From an uncultured delta proteobacterium (lineage in GTDB: Bacteria; Desulfobacterota; Syntrophobacteria; BM002): 32,942 nucleotides of DNA. The stretch is from the NCBI GenBank assembly GCA_963712115.1, contig CAVQGX010000051.1, positions 1 to 32,942 on the forward strand, in the 5' to 3' direction. Below the pieces are notes generated by a model. It did not search any database, was not told where the DNA came from, and was given only the letters and a program-made list of their open reading frames with translations. The translations under genes were made by a program, and so were the position numbers. This document shows, in pieces, positions 17,112 through 27,105 of the stretch (within the stretch, counting starts at the first letter, position 1; each line of letters starts with the position of its first letter).

Positions 17112-18344
17112 TTACCTCTTGCTGCGGATTGTAACTTTTAAAAGGTTTTCGGCCATCAGTTCGGCGCTGGTAACAAAGTTGCCGAAGTCGTGTCCCTCCA
17201 ATGCTTCCTCTAAGGCATCGAGGTTTCCCGCGAGAATCAGAGAAAAAGATCCCAGGTCACCTCTAAGCTTAATCTGCCTTATTTCTTTTACAATGGGAGA
17301 GCGTTGGAGATAGTCCTTGATGAGGATTAGATCTCCATAGGAGCGCACCCCTTCCACTTGGAGAGAGACATCCCTGGGAGCTTTGGATGCGGCAGCAATG
17401 GGGGTCAATATTCCATCCACCAGGTGTGGGGCCAGACGTTCTGCCAAAGCAGTAAAACCGTAATCGATCACTGGCTGCTCGGTGGAAGGCTGGACCTGCA
17501 CTGTGGCCGAGACCCTGGCCAGTGTCGCACCGCTGTCCGCCTTCACAGCTCGCAGGGAACCACTGGTCATACCTGTTTCCCCCATGCCGGTAGCACGGTA
17601 ACTTACCTGACCCAGCACTGCCACATCCGCTACGAGAGCCTTTGCCAGAGCGGCACCCTGGGCATCGTCCAGCAGAGGTGTCTGGTAATTTGGGTCTTCG
17701 GGTATGCTCTCTGAGAGCAAATTAGGAGCTAAAGGAACTATCCCCTGTTCCGCCATGAGCTTTGAAAGAGCCAGCAAAAAAAGAGGCGGCTTTTCATCCA
17801 CAGGCTCAATTTGCCACCACCACCTCCATGGTTCGTCGGGATTGGTGCGCTCGGCAACCAAAATAGCTATTCGGGGGCGCTCACTGGCAGCGAGAAACAT
17901 GCCAAGTCGGCGCAAGTCACGGGTTAGATTCTCAGAATAGAGAGTTGTCTGTACTGTAACCCGATAGAGCCCAACTGCCTCACCTTCTTGGACTATTTGA
18001 TAGTCCTTAACATAACTCATGGGCTCTTTGAGAATGCGGTTCAACAGGAGAGGGTAGTAGCGGACAATGTTTTGAGCGGGCAAGAGGTAACCGAGGGCCT
18101 GTTCCACCGCGGCGCGAAGAGCTTCCTCCAGGGCAAGGCTGCGTGCGTCTGCCGAGTCTTTTGCCATCATTGGACTTATGCCGGAGGCAACCAGCGGTTT
18201 GTTCAGAGCCTTATCTTGGCCTGAAGCAGGGAGAGGACAGAAAAAGAGCAAGAGCCACAAGGCCAAAGCGATCGAGATATTTCTCGCCCTCAGACCTTTC
18301 ACCCTTGCTTGGAACAGTGAGCTTTTATTTTTAGGAGGAACCAT
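17112..18344 (-). CDS. Exported hypothetical protein (N-terminus reminiscent of FlgT-N / DUF2066)
   Basis: Signal-like IALALWLLLFFCPLPASG, then ARSLALEEALRAAVEQALG. Start uncertain (ATG 18344 chosen; the ORF is open to 18425). Confidence 0.7.
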   Translation of the reverse strand: MVPPKNKSSLFQARVKGLRARNISIALALWLLLFFCPLPASGQDKALNKPLVASGISPMMAKDSADARSLALEEALRAAVEQALGYLLPAQNIVRYYPLLLNRILKEPMSYVKDYQIVQEGEAVGLYRVTVQTTLYSENLTRDLRRLGMFLAASERPRIAILVAERTNPDEPWRWWWQIEPVDEKPPLFLLALSKLMAEQGIVPLAPNLLSESIPEDPNYQTPLLDDAQGAALAKALVADVAVLGQVSYRATGMGETGMTSGSLRAVKADSGATLARVSATVQVQPSTEQPVIDYGFTALAERLAPHLVDGILTPIAAASKAPRDVSLQVEGVRSYGDLILIKDYLQRSPIVKEIRQIKLRGDLGSFSLILAGNLDALEEALEGHDFGNFVTSAELMAENLLKVTIRSKR

Positions 18345-18460
18345 TTGGCTGGTCCTGCCGTTGTCGCATAAAAAGAGGGATTGGCAAAGCTTCATTTTAC
18401 TAGCACAGGGTTCAGTCAATAGCAAGGGTTTTTACGTCAGCTATCAGCTCTCAGCCGACG

Positions 18461-18696
18461 GCAAAGAGATGATTGCGAATTGCGAATTGCGAAACCGGGA
18501 ACCCGCCCGCAGGGTGGGAGTCCGAAGGACAATTTCAAAATCCCAAATTAGAATTGTTCCTTCCGTCCTCTGTCTTCAGTCGTCTGTCCTCTGGTCTTTA
18601 CCTCCAACCTCAAGCGAAGCGCTCCTCCAACCTATCGGCGCCTGCTGCAAGCTGTCAGTTGCCAGCTGTATTTCTCCATGCTCCTTGCTCTATGCT
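18461..18696. repeat. Repeat element C (236 bp), inverted copy at 29047-29276
   Basis: Manual alignment to the reverse complement of 29047-29276 gives 8 substitutions, one 1-nt indel and one 7-nt indel. Confidence 0.95.
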
Positions 18697-20435
18697 TATT
18701 TGTAGTCAATGATATGCAACTGGATCTGTCGCTCACCCCGCCAGTGGTTCCATCTGGGGCTGAACAGCAACCACTGAGGCAAGGGCAGTGACTGATCGAA
18801 CTCCAAAAGATTGAAACCTATACCTGCCAAGCGGGCTTTGCCCTGCCGCAGCCTCAAGCGCAGATGACTCCCCTTGAGTGCCTGAGAATCTTCCACCTGG
18901 AAATCTCGACAGCAAAAAACAGGCTCCGGATTGCCCACACCATAAGGCTGCATTCGTTCGAGATAGGTCATCAACTCAGGCGTAACTTCTTCGAGACTAA
19001 CCACAGCATCAAATTTTTTCGTCTTCTGTATGTCTTCAGGGGTAATTCCCTCCTGTACCACCTGTTCGAAGGAACGGCGGAATTCAGCGAGTTGACTCTG
19101 GGCAAGGCCTACCCCCGCTGCTAACCGATGGCCGCCAAAACGTACCAGGTGATCCTTACAGCGAGCCAGGGCGTGGTAAAGATCGAAGTTGCCGACACTA
19201 CGCCCGGATCCTTCCCAGAGCTCGTCGATTTGAGTGAGGAGAATGGTTGGTTTATTGAAGCGTTCAGTCAACCGCGAGGCCACAAGGCCCAATACACCTT
19301 TATGCCAGCCCGGCGAGGCGAGGACAAGGGAGCTACTTTCCTCATGGGCTTTGTTAGCGTCGATGAGGCTTACGGCCTCGGCCAAAAGCTGATTTTCCAG
19401 AGTTTGACGCTGACGATTTAGCTGCTCGAGCTGCTGGGCCAGTGTCTGCGCTTCTGCAGATTCGGTAGTCAAAAGAAGGCGGAGAGCCGGATCCCCGTTG
19501 CCCAGACGTCCAGGAGCATTGAGACGAGGTCCCAACCTAAACAATACATCCCAGCCACTAATTTTCTTGCCCCGGATACCACAAGTTTCTTTGAGCGCCC
19601 GCAGCCCAAACCTGGGTGTCCGAGAAAGCTCTGATAGGCCAATTGAGGCCAGAACTCGATTAGTACCGGTGAGTGGCACCATGTCCGCCAATGTGCCCAA
19701 GGCTACCAGGTCGAGATATTTCTTCAGGTTGGGTTGTTCGGAGCTGGTCCATCGTCCCTTACCACGGAAATAGGCGCGAATGGCAGTGGCAAGATAGAAG
19801 GCCACACCGACTCCGGCCAGCTCTGCCAGTTCTCCGTTTTCCTCATTCCCTTTCGGATTCAAGATCACATTTGCATCTGGAAGGATATCCGGCAGCTTAT
19901 GATGGTCGGTGACGACTATGTCCATGCCAAGCTCGCGTGCCAGCTGGATGGGTTCATGGTCTGTGCTGCCGCAGTCCACGGTGACTACCAGGGTGACTCC
20001 CTCACTGTACAATTTTTGAAGCGCTTCGCTGTTGAGACCGTAACCTTCCTTAATACGGTGCGGTATGTGGTAATGGACTTTCCCACCCAATGAGGATAGG
20101 AAGTGGACAAGGAGAGCCGTGCCTGTAATCCCATCCACATCGTAGTCTCCATAAATTGCTATTTGTTCTCCTTCAACTATGGCACCAGCTATGCGGTTTA
20201 CTGCTTTGTCAATATCTGGCAATTGGTACGGAGAGTGCATGTCTTTGAGTCGGGAGTAAAGGAAATTCTCGGCCTGCACCTGGGAGGTTATATGACGAGT
20301 GGTGAGTATCAGGGCCACCAAGGGGGGGATTGTCAAGGCCTGCTCTATCTCATGGGCGAGCGAATGATTGGGCGTCCTAAGTTGCCAGAGGAACCGGGTT
20401 CCCTGGATGGTGTCGGGGATAATTTCGGTGTTCAT
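18696..20435 (-). CDS. recJ: Single-stranded-DNA-specific exonuclease RecJ
   Basis: YGDYDVDGITG, TVDCG, TDHH, GTLADMVPL, GPRLNAPGRL, GSGRS, FGGHRLAAG, PYGVGNPEP. Confidence 0.97.
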   Translation of the reverse strand: MNTEIIPDTIQGTRFLWQLRTPNHSLAHEIEQALTIPPLVALILTTRHITSQVQAENFLYSRLKDMHSPYQLPDIDKAVNRIAGAIVEGEQIAIYGDYDVDGITGTALLVHFLSSLGGKVHYHIPHRIKEGYGLNSEALQKLYSEGVTLVVTVDCGSTDHEPIQLARELGMDIVVTDHHKLPDILPDANVILNPKGNEENGELAELAGVGVAFYLATAIRAYFRGKGRWTSSEQPNLKKYLDLVALGTLADMVPLTGTNRVLASIGLSELSRTPRFGLRALKETCGIRGKKISGWDVLFRLGPRLNAPGRLGNGDPALRLLLTTESAEAQTLAQQLEQLNRQRQTLENQLLAEAVSLIDANKAHEESSSLVLASPGWHKGVLGLVASRLTERFNKPTILLTQIDELWEGSGRSVGNFDLYHALARCKDHLVRFGGHRLAAGVGLAQSQLAEFRRSFEQVVQEGITPEDIQKTKKFDAVVSLEEVTPELMTYLERMQPYGVGNPEPVFCCRDFQVEDSQALKGSHLRLRLRQGKARLAGIGFNLLEFDQSLPLPQWLLFSPRWNHWRGERQIQLHIIDYK

Positions 20436-20543
20436 CCTGTCCGCCGTTTCTCCGGGTCTCCCTGTCTCCGATTCATCTTGGGGTGGTTTGGCAGAATAAA
20501 TCGCAACTTTCCAATATAGTCAAGGGGAAAGAGCCACCCGCAT

Positions 20544-20827
20544 AAGGCAATGCATAAAAACAAACATTATATAATCATTGGGTCATTTGGCCACTGGGCG
20601 TGGCCGTCACTACGCTACGCTGTCAATATGCCTTCGGCGTCATTTATGGTCATTAGGTCATTACGCTACGCTGTCATTCATAGTTAACTGTCATTGAGGC
20701 GTTGAAACAACTTAATGACGGCCGTTAGGCCTAATGACGGCGAAGCCTAACTGGGAACCCGCTTGCGGGCCTGAGCGGAGCGCAGCGAGCGCGAAGAAAT
20801 GACAACATATGACTGGCCGAAAGGCCT
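20544..20827. repeat. Repeat element D (about 284 bp, GTCA/TGAC array), inverted copy at 29351-29633
   Basis: Core 20598-20813 matches the reverse complement of 29365-29580 with 3 substitutions in 216 bp; flanks are more diverged. Confidence 0.95.
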
Positions 20828-20847
20828 CGAGACATTGGGCATGGACC

Positions 20848-20876
20848 TTGTAACCACTAATTAAAAATGATAACGT
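20848..20876 (+). promoter_or_regulatory. Putative sigma70 promoter of the DUF4911 gene
   Basis: TTGTAA-N17-TAACGT with a TGn extension, 27 nt upstream of the ATG. Confidence 0.5.
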
Positions 20877-20903
20877 GGCGAGACCGGATGGGTGAGGTAA
20901 TCA

Positions 20904-21137
20904 ATGGCCGTTAATCTAGAGCGATCAGACCTATTGTTCTACCGGGTCGATCCCTACGAGATTCACTATCTCAAGTTTGTTCTAGAAGCATACGAGGGGC
21001 TGGCAACGCTGACGACTCTGGATTCTGCTACAGGTTTAATCCAATTGGCAGTGCCGCCGGGACGCAAGGACAGTTTGGAGTCTCTCTTGGAGGCCCTGGG
21101 TCGAGAGCTAGGGCTCGAGCGGGTCACTGCTCCATAG
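20904..21137 (+). CDS. DUF4911 family protein
   Basis: EIHYLKFVLEAYEGLATLTTLD motif; GAGGT SD; lies upstream of miaB. Confidence 0.85.
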   Translation: MAVNLERSDLLFYRVDPYEIHYLKFVLEAYEGLATLTTLDSATGLIQLAVPPGRKDSLESLLEALGRELGLERVTAP

Positions 21138-21259
21138 CCAGAAATAATTTGCCCTTGAAAATTGCGGACGGCTGGGATAAAGGTTAACCTCCAATCCGGC
21201 TTATGTTTAAACGCCGCCGCACAAAATGGCCTCCCCGGGGAGGCTCGCGAGGTGCAGCC

Positions 21260-22057
21260 GTGGTGGATGAAGAAGGGCTGAAAGACTTTGACCTGGAAGA
21301 CGGGGCAACCGCTTTAGAGATCCGCACCTACGGGGAAGACAAGGAGATTGTTTCCGAGGGAGAGCACAGCAGTCACTTCTATGTAGTTCTCAGCGGAAAT
21401 GTGAAAATCCTCCGCCACGGACGCCAATTGGCTATCCTCGGTGAAAGGGATGTATTCGGCCTGGAGAGCTGTTTTTTGAATCAGTCCTCCAGTGTGAGTG
21501 CTCGTTCAGTAGACAATACCCGGATAGCCATATATGACAGAGATGCTATAGAGTTCATCCTCTACGAGCGGCCACAGATGAGCAAAGGGATCTTGGTATC
21601 TCTTCTGGGGCAGTTGACCCAGACCATTCAAGCTGTGTCGCTGGAGGACTCTGAGAGCAAAATGCAGAATATAGACATGCAGTTCTATGGAGACAACCAA
21701 GTAATTATTCAAGAGGGGGCAAGAGAGACTGATATTTTCAAACTAATATCCGCAGAGCAAGGGTTAGTGGTATTAAAAGGCGGTAAGGAGGTCGGACGGA
21801 TTACTAATCCAGGTGAGTTTTTCGGCGAGATGGCTAGTGTGCTGAAGGAGGCACGCTCTGCAACAATAATATCTAAAGGCAATAGCGTGGTTCAGGTCTA
21901 TTCGGGCGATGACATTCAAGATATGATTGAGGAACATCCTGAGATTGCCAAAAGGATCATCACCACTTTAGCCAAACGGCTGTCGCAGGCTACAAAAAAG
22001 ATAAGTAAGCTTCAGAAACAGCTGGAAGGGAGCTCTGAGGTTGACCAGGTCCAGTAA
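21260..22057 (+). CDS. Tandem cyclic nucleotide-binding domain protein
   Basis: Two cNMP-like domains (IVSEGE..FYVVLSGNV..VFG; IIQEG..GEFFGEMA..RSATI) and no HTH. Start placed at GTG 21260 after GAGGTG; alternative ATG 21203. Confidence 0.88.
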   Translation: MVDEEGLKDFDLEDGATALEIRTYGEDKEIVSEGEHSSHFYVVLSGNVKILRHGRQLAILGERDVFGLESCFLNQSSSVSARSVDNTRIAIYDRDAIEFILYERPQMSKGILVSLLGQLTQTIQAVSLEDSESKMQNIDMQFYGDNQVIIQEGARETDIFKLISAEQGLVVLKGGKEVGRITNPGEFFGEMASVLKEARSATIISKGNSVVQVYSGDDIQDMIEEHPEIAKRIITTLAKRLSQATKKISKLQKQLEGSSEVDQVQ

Positions 22058-23435
22058 CAACGAAGCAAAGCGACTTTTTGTCCGAACCTTCGGCTGTCAG
22101 ATGAACCGTTACGACAGTGAACGGTTGGTGGAGATCCTTGGCGGGAAACAATATGTTGTTGTGGAGGATTATCGAAGGGCAGATCTGATATTCATCAACA
22201 CCTGCACTGTGCGCGACAAAGCAGAACAAAAAGCATTCAGCTACTTGGGTCGACTTAAAACACTCAAGCGAAATCGCCCTGAACTAGTGGTGGCCTTGGG
22301 CGGGTGCGTGGCTCAGCAGTATGGGGAGGAATTATTGGTCCGATGGCCCCATTTGGACCTGGTGGTGGGAACTCATTCCATAAGCAAAGTTCCTGCCATG
22401 CTTGCCCGCTATGAGGCCACTGGAGAACGGCAGGCCTGGGTAAATTTCTCTTACGATTTTGGCGACGAACAGGATGGAAGGTCGCAACCCTGGAAGCCGG
22501 AGGTCTCGGCGTACGTTACAATCATGAGAGGTTGCGATAATTTCTGTACCTACTGCATTGTGCCAATGGTCCGTGGCAGGGAGCGCAGCCGGCCCAGCAC
22601 TGAGATTGTCCGGGAGGTGCAAAGCCTGGTTGACTGCGGTGTGCGGGAGGTTACTCTTCTCGGTCAGAATGTGAACTCTTACGGCCAGGGTGTTTCCGGG
22701 GAAGTGAATTTTGCCGGACTGCTTCAACGAGTTGCACAAGTGAAAGGGTTGTTGCGTGTTCGTTTTACCACTTCCCATCCAAAAGACTTGTCGTCGACCC
22801 TTATGCGCTGTTTTTCCGAGCTACCGCCGCTCTGTCCTCACATCCATCTCCCGGTGCAGTCGGGCTCTGACTATATTCTCCAGCGGATGAATCGTGGCTA
22901 CACCAGGGATCACTACCTGCGATTGGTCAAGGAGTTAAGAGAAATCCGAGAGGACGTGGCGGTTTCGTCAGACATGATAGTAGGTTTCCCCGGCGAGAAA
23001 GAAGAGGATTTCCAACTGAGCCTGAGGCTACTCGAGGAAGTTCGCTTCGATGGACTCTTTTCTTTCAAATACTCGGATCGACCCCAAACCGCCGCCAGGT
23101 TGCTGGATGGCAAAGTTGAGGAAGAGGTTAAGCTGGAACGCTTGCAAAGATTGCAAGAACTGCAGGAAGGCATAACCTTTGAGAAAAACGAGGCCCAGGT
23201 GGGTCAGACATGCCTGGCGTTGGTTGAAGGCCCCAGTCAGATTGGAGGATCTCAGCTGAGCGGACGGACGCCGCAGAACCGGGTAGTGAACTTTAAGGGC
23301 TCGCCCCACCTGGTTGGTGAGGAAATCCCTATTCTGATTACCGTAGCCCATCCCCACTCCTTGGAGGGTGTGGTTTGTTTAGAAGAGAAGGTGAACTTGA
23401 AAATCGCGAAGGAGAGATCATGTTGCGGGAGATGA
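22041..23435 (+). CDS. miaB: tRNA-2-methylthio-N6-dimethylallyladenosine synthase MiaB
   Basis: TFGCQMN, NTCTVR, GCVAQ, radical SAM CDNFCTYC, LLGQNVNSY, RFTTSHP, C-terminal TRAM domain. Confidence 0.97.
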   Translation: MTRSSNNEAKRLFVRTFGCQMNRYDSERLVEILGGKQYVVVEDYRRADLIFINTCTVRDKAEQKAFSYLGRLKTLKRNRPELVVALGGCVAQQYGEELLVRWPHLDLVVGTHSISKVPAMLARYEATGERQAWVNFSYDFGDEQDGRSQPWKPEVSAYVTIMRGCDNFCTYCIVPMVRGRERSRPSTEIVREVQSLVDCGVREVTLLGQNVNSYGQGVSGEVNFAGLLQRVAQVKGLLRVRFTTSHPKDLSSTLMRCFSELPPLCPHIHLPVQSGSDYILQRMNRGYTRDHYLRLVKELREIREDVAVSSDMIVGFPGEKEEDFQLSLRLLEEVRFDGLFSFKYSDRPQTAARLLDGKVEEEVKLERLQRLQELQEGITFEKNEAQVGQTCLALVEGPSQIGGSQLSGRTPQNRVVNFKGSPHLVGEEIPILITVAHPHSLEGVVCLEEKVNLKIAKERSCCGR

Positions 23436-23917
23436 AGATATCGGGTCTTACCATGGACCCGCAGACGAATACGCCCATCGTTGTGTTGAAGGACCCCAAG
23501 AGCGACGTCTCATTGCCTATCTGGATTGGCTTACTGGAGGCTACCGCCATTGCCACCGAGCTTGAGAAGGTCCAATTTTCCCGTCCCATGACCCATGATC
23601 TAATCAGAAATCTGATGAGCCACTTGGGAGTCAAGGTAAATAAAGTCGAGGTCTGCGACCTGAAGGACAACACCTTTTATGCCTGGATCTACTTGACTAT
23701 TAATGGCAAGGAGACCAAGATCGACGCCCGGCCCAGTGACGCCCTTGCCATAGCACTGCGAACAGACGCCAAAATTTATGTAGACGAAAAGGTGATAGAG
23801 AAGTCTGGAAGACTGGAGCCGGAGGCCAAGGTCGAAATCAAAGACGAGGAAGCCAAAAAATGGACTGATATTCTGGAGAATCTCTCCGCGGAGGACTTCG
23901 GTAAATACAAGATGTGA
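23420..23917 (+). CDS. Bifunctional nuclease family protein (DUF151)
   Basis: LPIWIGLLEATAIA, RPMTHDL, IDARPSDALAIALR; ATG 23420 follows AAGGAG. Confidence 0.93.
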   Translation: MLREMKISGLTMDPQTNTPIVVLKDPKSDVSLPIWIGLLEATAIATELEKVQFSRPMTHDLIRNLMSHLGVKVNKVEVCDLKDNTFYAWIYLTINGKETKIDARPSDALAIALRTDAKIYVDEKVIEKSGRLEPEAKVEIKDEEAKKWTDILENLSAEDFGKYKM

Positions 23918-23936
23918 ATAATTGCCAGTTGGCGCA

Positions 23937-23978
23937 ATCCCACATCTCACATCTCACATCCCACATCTCACATCTCAC
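23937..23978 (+). repeat. Tandem heptamer (ATCYCAC)6
   Basis: (ATCCCAC ATCTCAC ATCTCAC) x2; same unit as the arrays at about 8006-8091 and the degenerate one at 1774-1797. Confidence 0.92.
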
Positions 23979-24150
23979 ACCAAATATCCGGGCTAGGAAC
24001 GGATCGTGCATGGTCTATGGTGCGTTTTTGTCGTGGCGTCAAATCCTCCAATACTCCATCACTCCAGATAGAAAACGCATCAGCTGGGCCTGTGCAGCTA
24101 AGTGAAGTCGTGGAACAAGAAAATGCTAGAGAAACGAAAGGAGAAACGTT

Positions 24151-24810
24151 TTGATTGACTTGCATACTCATTCCCTGTTTAGCGATGGCGTATTAGTGGT
24201 GAGCGAGCTGGTGCGACGAGCTGAAGAGATGGGGTACCAATACATAGGTATCACCGATCACGCTGACCGGAGCAATCTGGATTTAATCATTCCCCGGGTG
24301 GTGAGGGCCACGGAAGAGATTAACCGTTACAATCGAATCCAGGCCATCCCTGGCATTGAGCTCACCCATGTGCCGCCTGCAACTATAGGACCTCTGGCGG
24401 CAGAGGCCAGGGATTTGGGGGCAAAGTTGGTGGTGGTTCATGGCGAAACCATCGTGGAGCCGGTGCTGCCCGGTACAAACCGGGCTGGTCTGGAGGCTGA
24501 CATAGACATTCTGGCCCATCCGGGTCTGCTAACGGAGGAGGAGGCAGCCTTGGCCGCTCGTCGGTCCATTCTCCTGGAGATCTCAGGGCGCAAAGGACAT
24601 TCCTTTACCAATGGCCATGTGGCCCAAGTAGCTAAGGCAGCTGGAGCCGGGCTCATACTAAACTCGGATGCCCATGGGCCGGGAGACCTGTTGTCTAGAG
24701 AGATGAGGGAGAAGATTGCTTTAGGGGCGGGCCTGGACCAGAGAGGCTTTCAGCAAATGGTCCGGAACGGAGAGAATCTAGTGAGGCGCAGACAGAATGA
24801 GCAGCAATAG
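24151..24810 (+). CDS. PHP domain protein (histidinol-phosphatase-like family)
   Basis: DLHTHSLFSDG, GITDH, GIELTH, VHGET, LAHPG, NSDAH; TTG start with AGGAG SD. Confidence 0.92.
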   Translation: MIDLHTHSLFSDGVLVVSELVRRAEEMGYQYIGITDHADRSNLDLIIPRVVRATEEINRYNRIQAIPGIELTHVPPATIGPLAAEARDLGAKLVVVHGETIVEPVLPGTNRAGLEADIDILAHPGLLTEEEAALAARRSILLEISGRKGHSFTNGHVAQVAKAAGAGLILNSDAHGPGDLLSREMREKIALGAGLDQRGFQQMVRNGENLVRRRQNEQQ

Positions 24811-26290
24811 CAAAAGGCTGTGGAAAAGATGGTTGGCCATCTCCCTTGGCATTGTCATTCTGGTTGCCTGGCTGGCCTACGCTACGGTTTTTTACACTCG
24901 ACTCAACCGGGGCGGGGAAGACATTCTCACCCCAGAAGTACAAAAGCTTGCCAAACAAGAAATTCAAGAGGAATGGTTTGCCATATATCAACACGGAAGC
25001 AGGATCGGATACGGTCGTACTGAACTCCGGCCACAGCCGGTGGGCTATATGGTGAACGAGGAGCTTCTCCTGCGTCTCGATTTCCTGGGGGAAGTGCAGG
25101 ATATATCCTCCTGGGTCCAAGCAAACCTTGAGCCGGATTTCTCCCTGAAATCCTTTGTCTTTCGACTCCAAGCCGGCCCCATATACTACCGGCTGAAGGG
25201 TGGAGTGGACAAAGAAAACTTGATTCTCGTCAGTCAGATGGCCGGTCAGGAACAGATCCAAAAACTACCGCTCTCTCATCCCATTTATTTGAGCAGCGGG
25301 ATGAAGTCATTCATTTCTCAACAGCCTTTGGAGGTGGGGAAAACCTACAGATTTGCCCTATTCGATCCTGCCACAATGAGTCAAACCATGGTGCCGCTAC
25401 ACGTCGAAGGGAAGGAGACTGTTCGAATTAGTTCGCGAGACCTGGAGGCTTATCGGGTGGTAATGAACTTTCGCGGCGTCCAGCTCAAATCATGGGTTAG
25501 CCCCTACGGAGAACTGCTCAAAGAAGAGGGATTTCTGGGGCTGACTATGGTTAGGAGCGATCGGGATGACGCCCTCAAAGGGTTCCGTGAAGCCAAGGGT
25601 GCTGAATTGGTGCGAGAGGCAGCAGTGGTTCCAGACCGGACTATTGCCAATCCCAGGCAATTGCACCTTCTGCGCTTGCAACTGGGGGGTATTACTGGCG
25701 ACGGTTGGGACTTGGCAGGAGGGAGACAAAATTGGAGCAACGGAGAGCTTACTGTGGCGAGGGAATCTTTGCAAGAAATCTCCTCTGCTAAAATCCCTGT
25801 GAACAACCCGGCCCTGGCTCGGGATTTGCAGCCAAGCTTGCTGGTTCAAAGCGACGCGCTGGCCTTGAAAAAACAGGCATTTGACATTGTCGGCGAGCAG
25901 AGGAATGGTTTGCAGGCCGTAAAAATGATAAGTTCCTGGGTTTACCAAAACCTTGAAAAGCGGCCCACCCTATCCATTCCCAACGCCTTGGCCGTCTATG
26001 AATCGCGAGCGGGAGACTGCAATGAGCACAGTGTGCTCTTTGCTGCCCTTGCACGGGCTGCGGGCATTCCCACTAGGATCTCTGCGGGTCTGCTCTACAC
26101 CGAGGGTCGCTTCTTTTACCACGCTTGGAACGAAGTTTACCTTGGAGAGTGGATTGCTGTGGATCCCCTAATGAACCAAGTTCCCGCCGATCCAACCCAT
26201 GTGCGGCTCATTACGGGCGAGTTGGATCGTCAGGTGGAGTTAGTTAGAGTTTTAGGAAGACTGTCTATAAAAGTGTTGGATTATGAATAG
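24797..26290 (+). CDS. Membrane-anchored transglutaminase-like domain protein
   Basis: N-terminal TM segment; Cys-His-Asp triad in GDCNEH, YHAWNEV and VDP. Confidence 0.9.
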   Translation: MSSNSKRLWKRWLAISLGIVILVAWLAYATVFYTRLNRGGEDILTPEVQKLAKQEIQEEWFAIYQHGSRIGYGRTELRPQPVGYMVNEELLLRLDFLGEVQDISSWVQANLEPDFSLKSFVFRLQAGPIYYRLKGGVDKENLILVSQMAGQEQIQKLPLSHPIYLSSGMKSFISQQPLEVGKTYRFALFDPATMSQTMVPLHVEGKETVRISSRDLEAYRVVMNFRGVQLKSWVSPYGELLKEEGFLGLTMVRSDRDDALKGFREAKGAELVREAAVVPDRTIANPRQLHLLRLQLGGITGDGWDLAGGRQNWSNGELTVARESLQEISSAKIPVNNPALARDLQPSLLVQSDALALKKQAFDIVGEQRNGLQAVKMISSWVYQNLEKRPTLSIPNALAVYESRAGDCNEHSVLFAALARAAGIPTRISAGLLYTEGRFFYHAWNEVYLGEWIAVDPLMNQVPADPTHVRLITGELDRQVELVRVLGRLSIKVLDYE

Positions 26291-26310
26291 AGCCTGGTGA
26301 AAGGTAGACC

Positions 26311-27075
26311 ATGATTCGCCTGGAGAAACTGACAAAGCATTTCAAACAAGTCACAGCAGTTGACAGCATCAGCATAAGGGTGGCATCTGGAGAAATCTAT
26401 GGTTTTCTGGGGCCTAACGGTGCGGGCAAGACAACGACCATCAAGATGCTGGCCGGGATTATGCGTCCTACCTCTGGTCGCATATTCATTGATGGACTCG
26501 AGTTGGAGAAACATCCCCTGGAAGTAAAGTCCCGTGTAGGATTCATTCCGGACCGTCCCTTTCTCTACGACAAGCTCACGGGGGTGGAATTCATGTCCTT
26601 CATGGCCAACCTCTACGGGCTCAACAGCGGGGGAAGAGACAAAAGGATCCAGCAGTTCCTCGAACTCTTCGAACTGGCAGAGTGGGGCGGAGAATTAGTG
26701 GGCAGCTATTCCCATGGGATGAAACAGCGATTGATCATGAGCGCTGCTCTCCTCCACCAGCCCCGGGTATTCATAGTGGATGAACCTCTTGTAGGCTTGG
26801 ATCCCAAGGGAGCCAGACTGATCAAACGAATCTTCAATGAACTGCGAATGGACGGCCTTACCGTCTTCATGTCCACTCATACCCTGGCAATCGCCGAGGA
26901 ACTTTGCGACCGCATCGGCATTATCCAGAGAGGGAAACTTCTGGCAGAGGGAACGGTTAACGAGCTAAAGGAGCTGGCCGGCCAGGAAGATCCACGCTTG
27001 GAGTCCATATTTCTGCACCTAACTGGTGGCGAAACCACTAGCCCAGAAGATATCAACTTCGTCCACGGAAGCTGA
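26311..27075 (+). CDS. ABC transporter ATP-binding protein (ABC-2 exporter type)
   Basis: GPNGAGKTT, YSHGMKQR, VDEPLVGLDP, STH. Confidence 0.96.
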   Translation: MIRLEKLTKHFKQVTAVDSISIRVASGEIYGFLGPNGAGKTTTIKMLAGIMRPTSGRIFIDGLELEKHPLEVKSRVGFIPDRPFLYDKLTGVEFMSFMANLYGLNSGGRDKRIQQFLELFELAEWGGELVGSYSHGMKQRLIMSAALLHQPRVFIVDEPLVGLDPKGARLIKRIFNELRMDGLTVFMSTHTLAIAEELCDRIGIIQRGKLLAEGTVNELKELAGQEDPRLESIFLHLTGGETTSPEDINFVHGS

Positions 27076-27105
27076 GAACGTTGGACCACTATGCCAGGGA
27101 GGTTT

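Noticed and set aside
18178-18705. ORFs running through repeat regions (also 16338-16538, 12438-12806, 23914-24105, 27026-27268)
   Set aside because: Their translations merely reflect heptamer repeats (e.g. SHISHLT); they overlap real genes and lack clear SD sites
20582-20813. Possible CRISPR array in element D
   Set aside because: The repeated motif is only 4-6 nt, spacers are under 25 nt and partly repeated, orientation flips midway, and no cas genes are present
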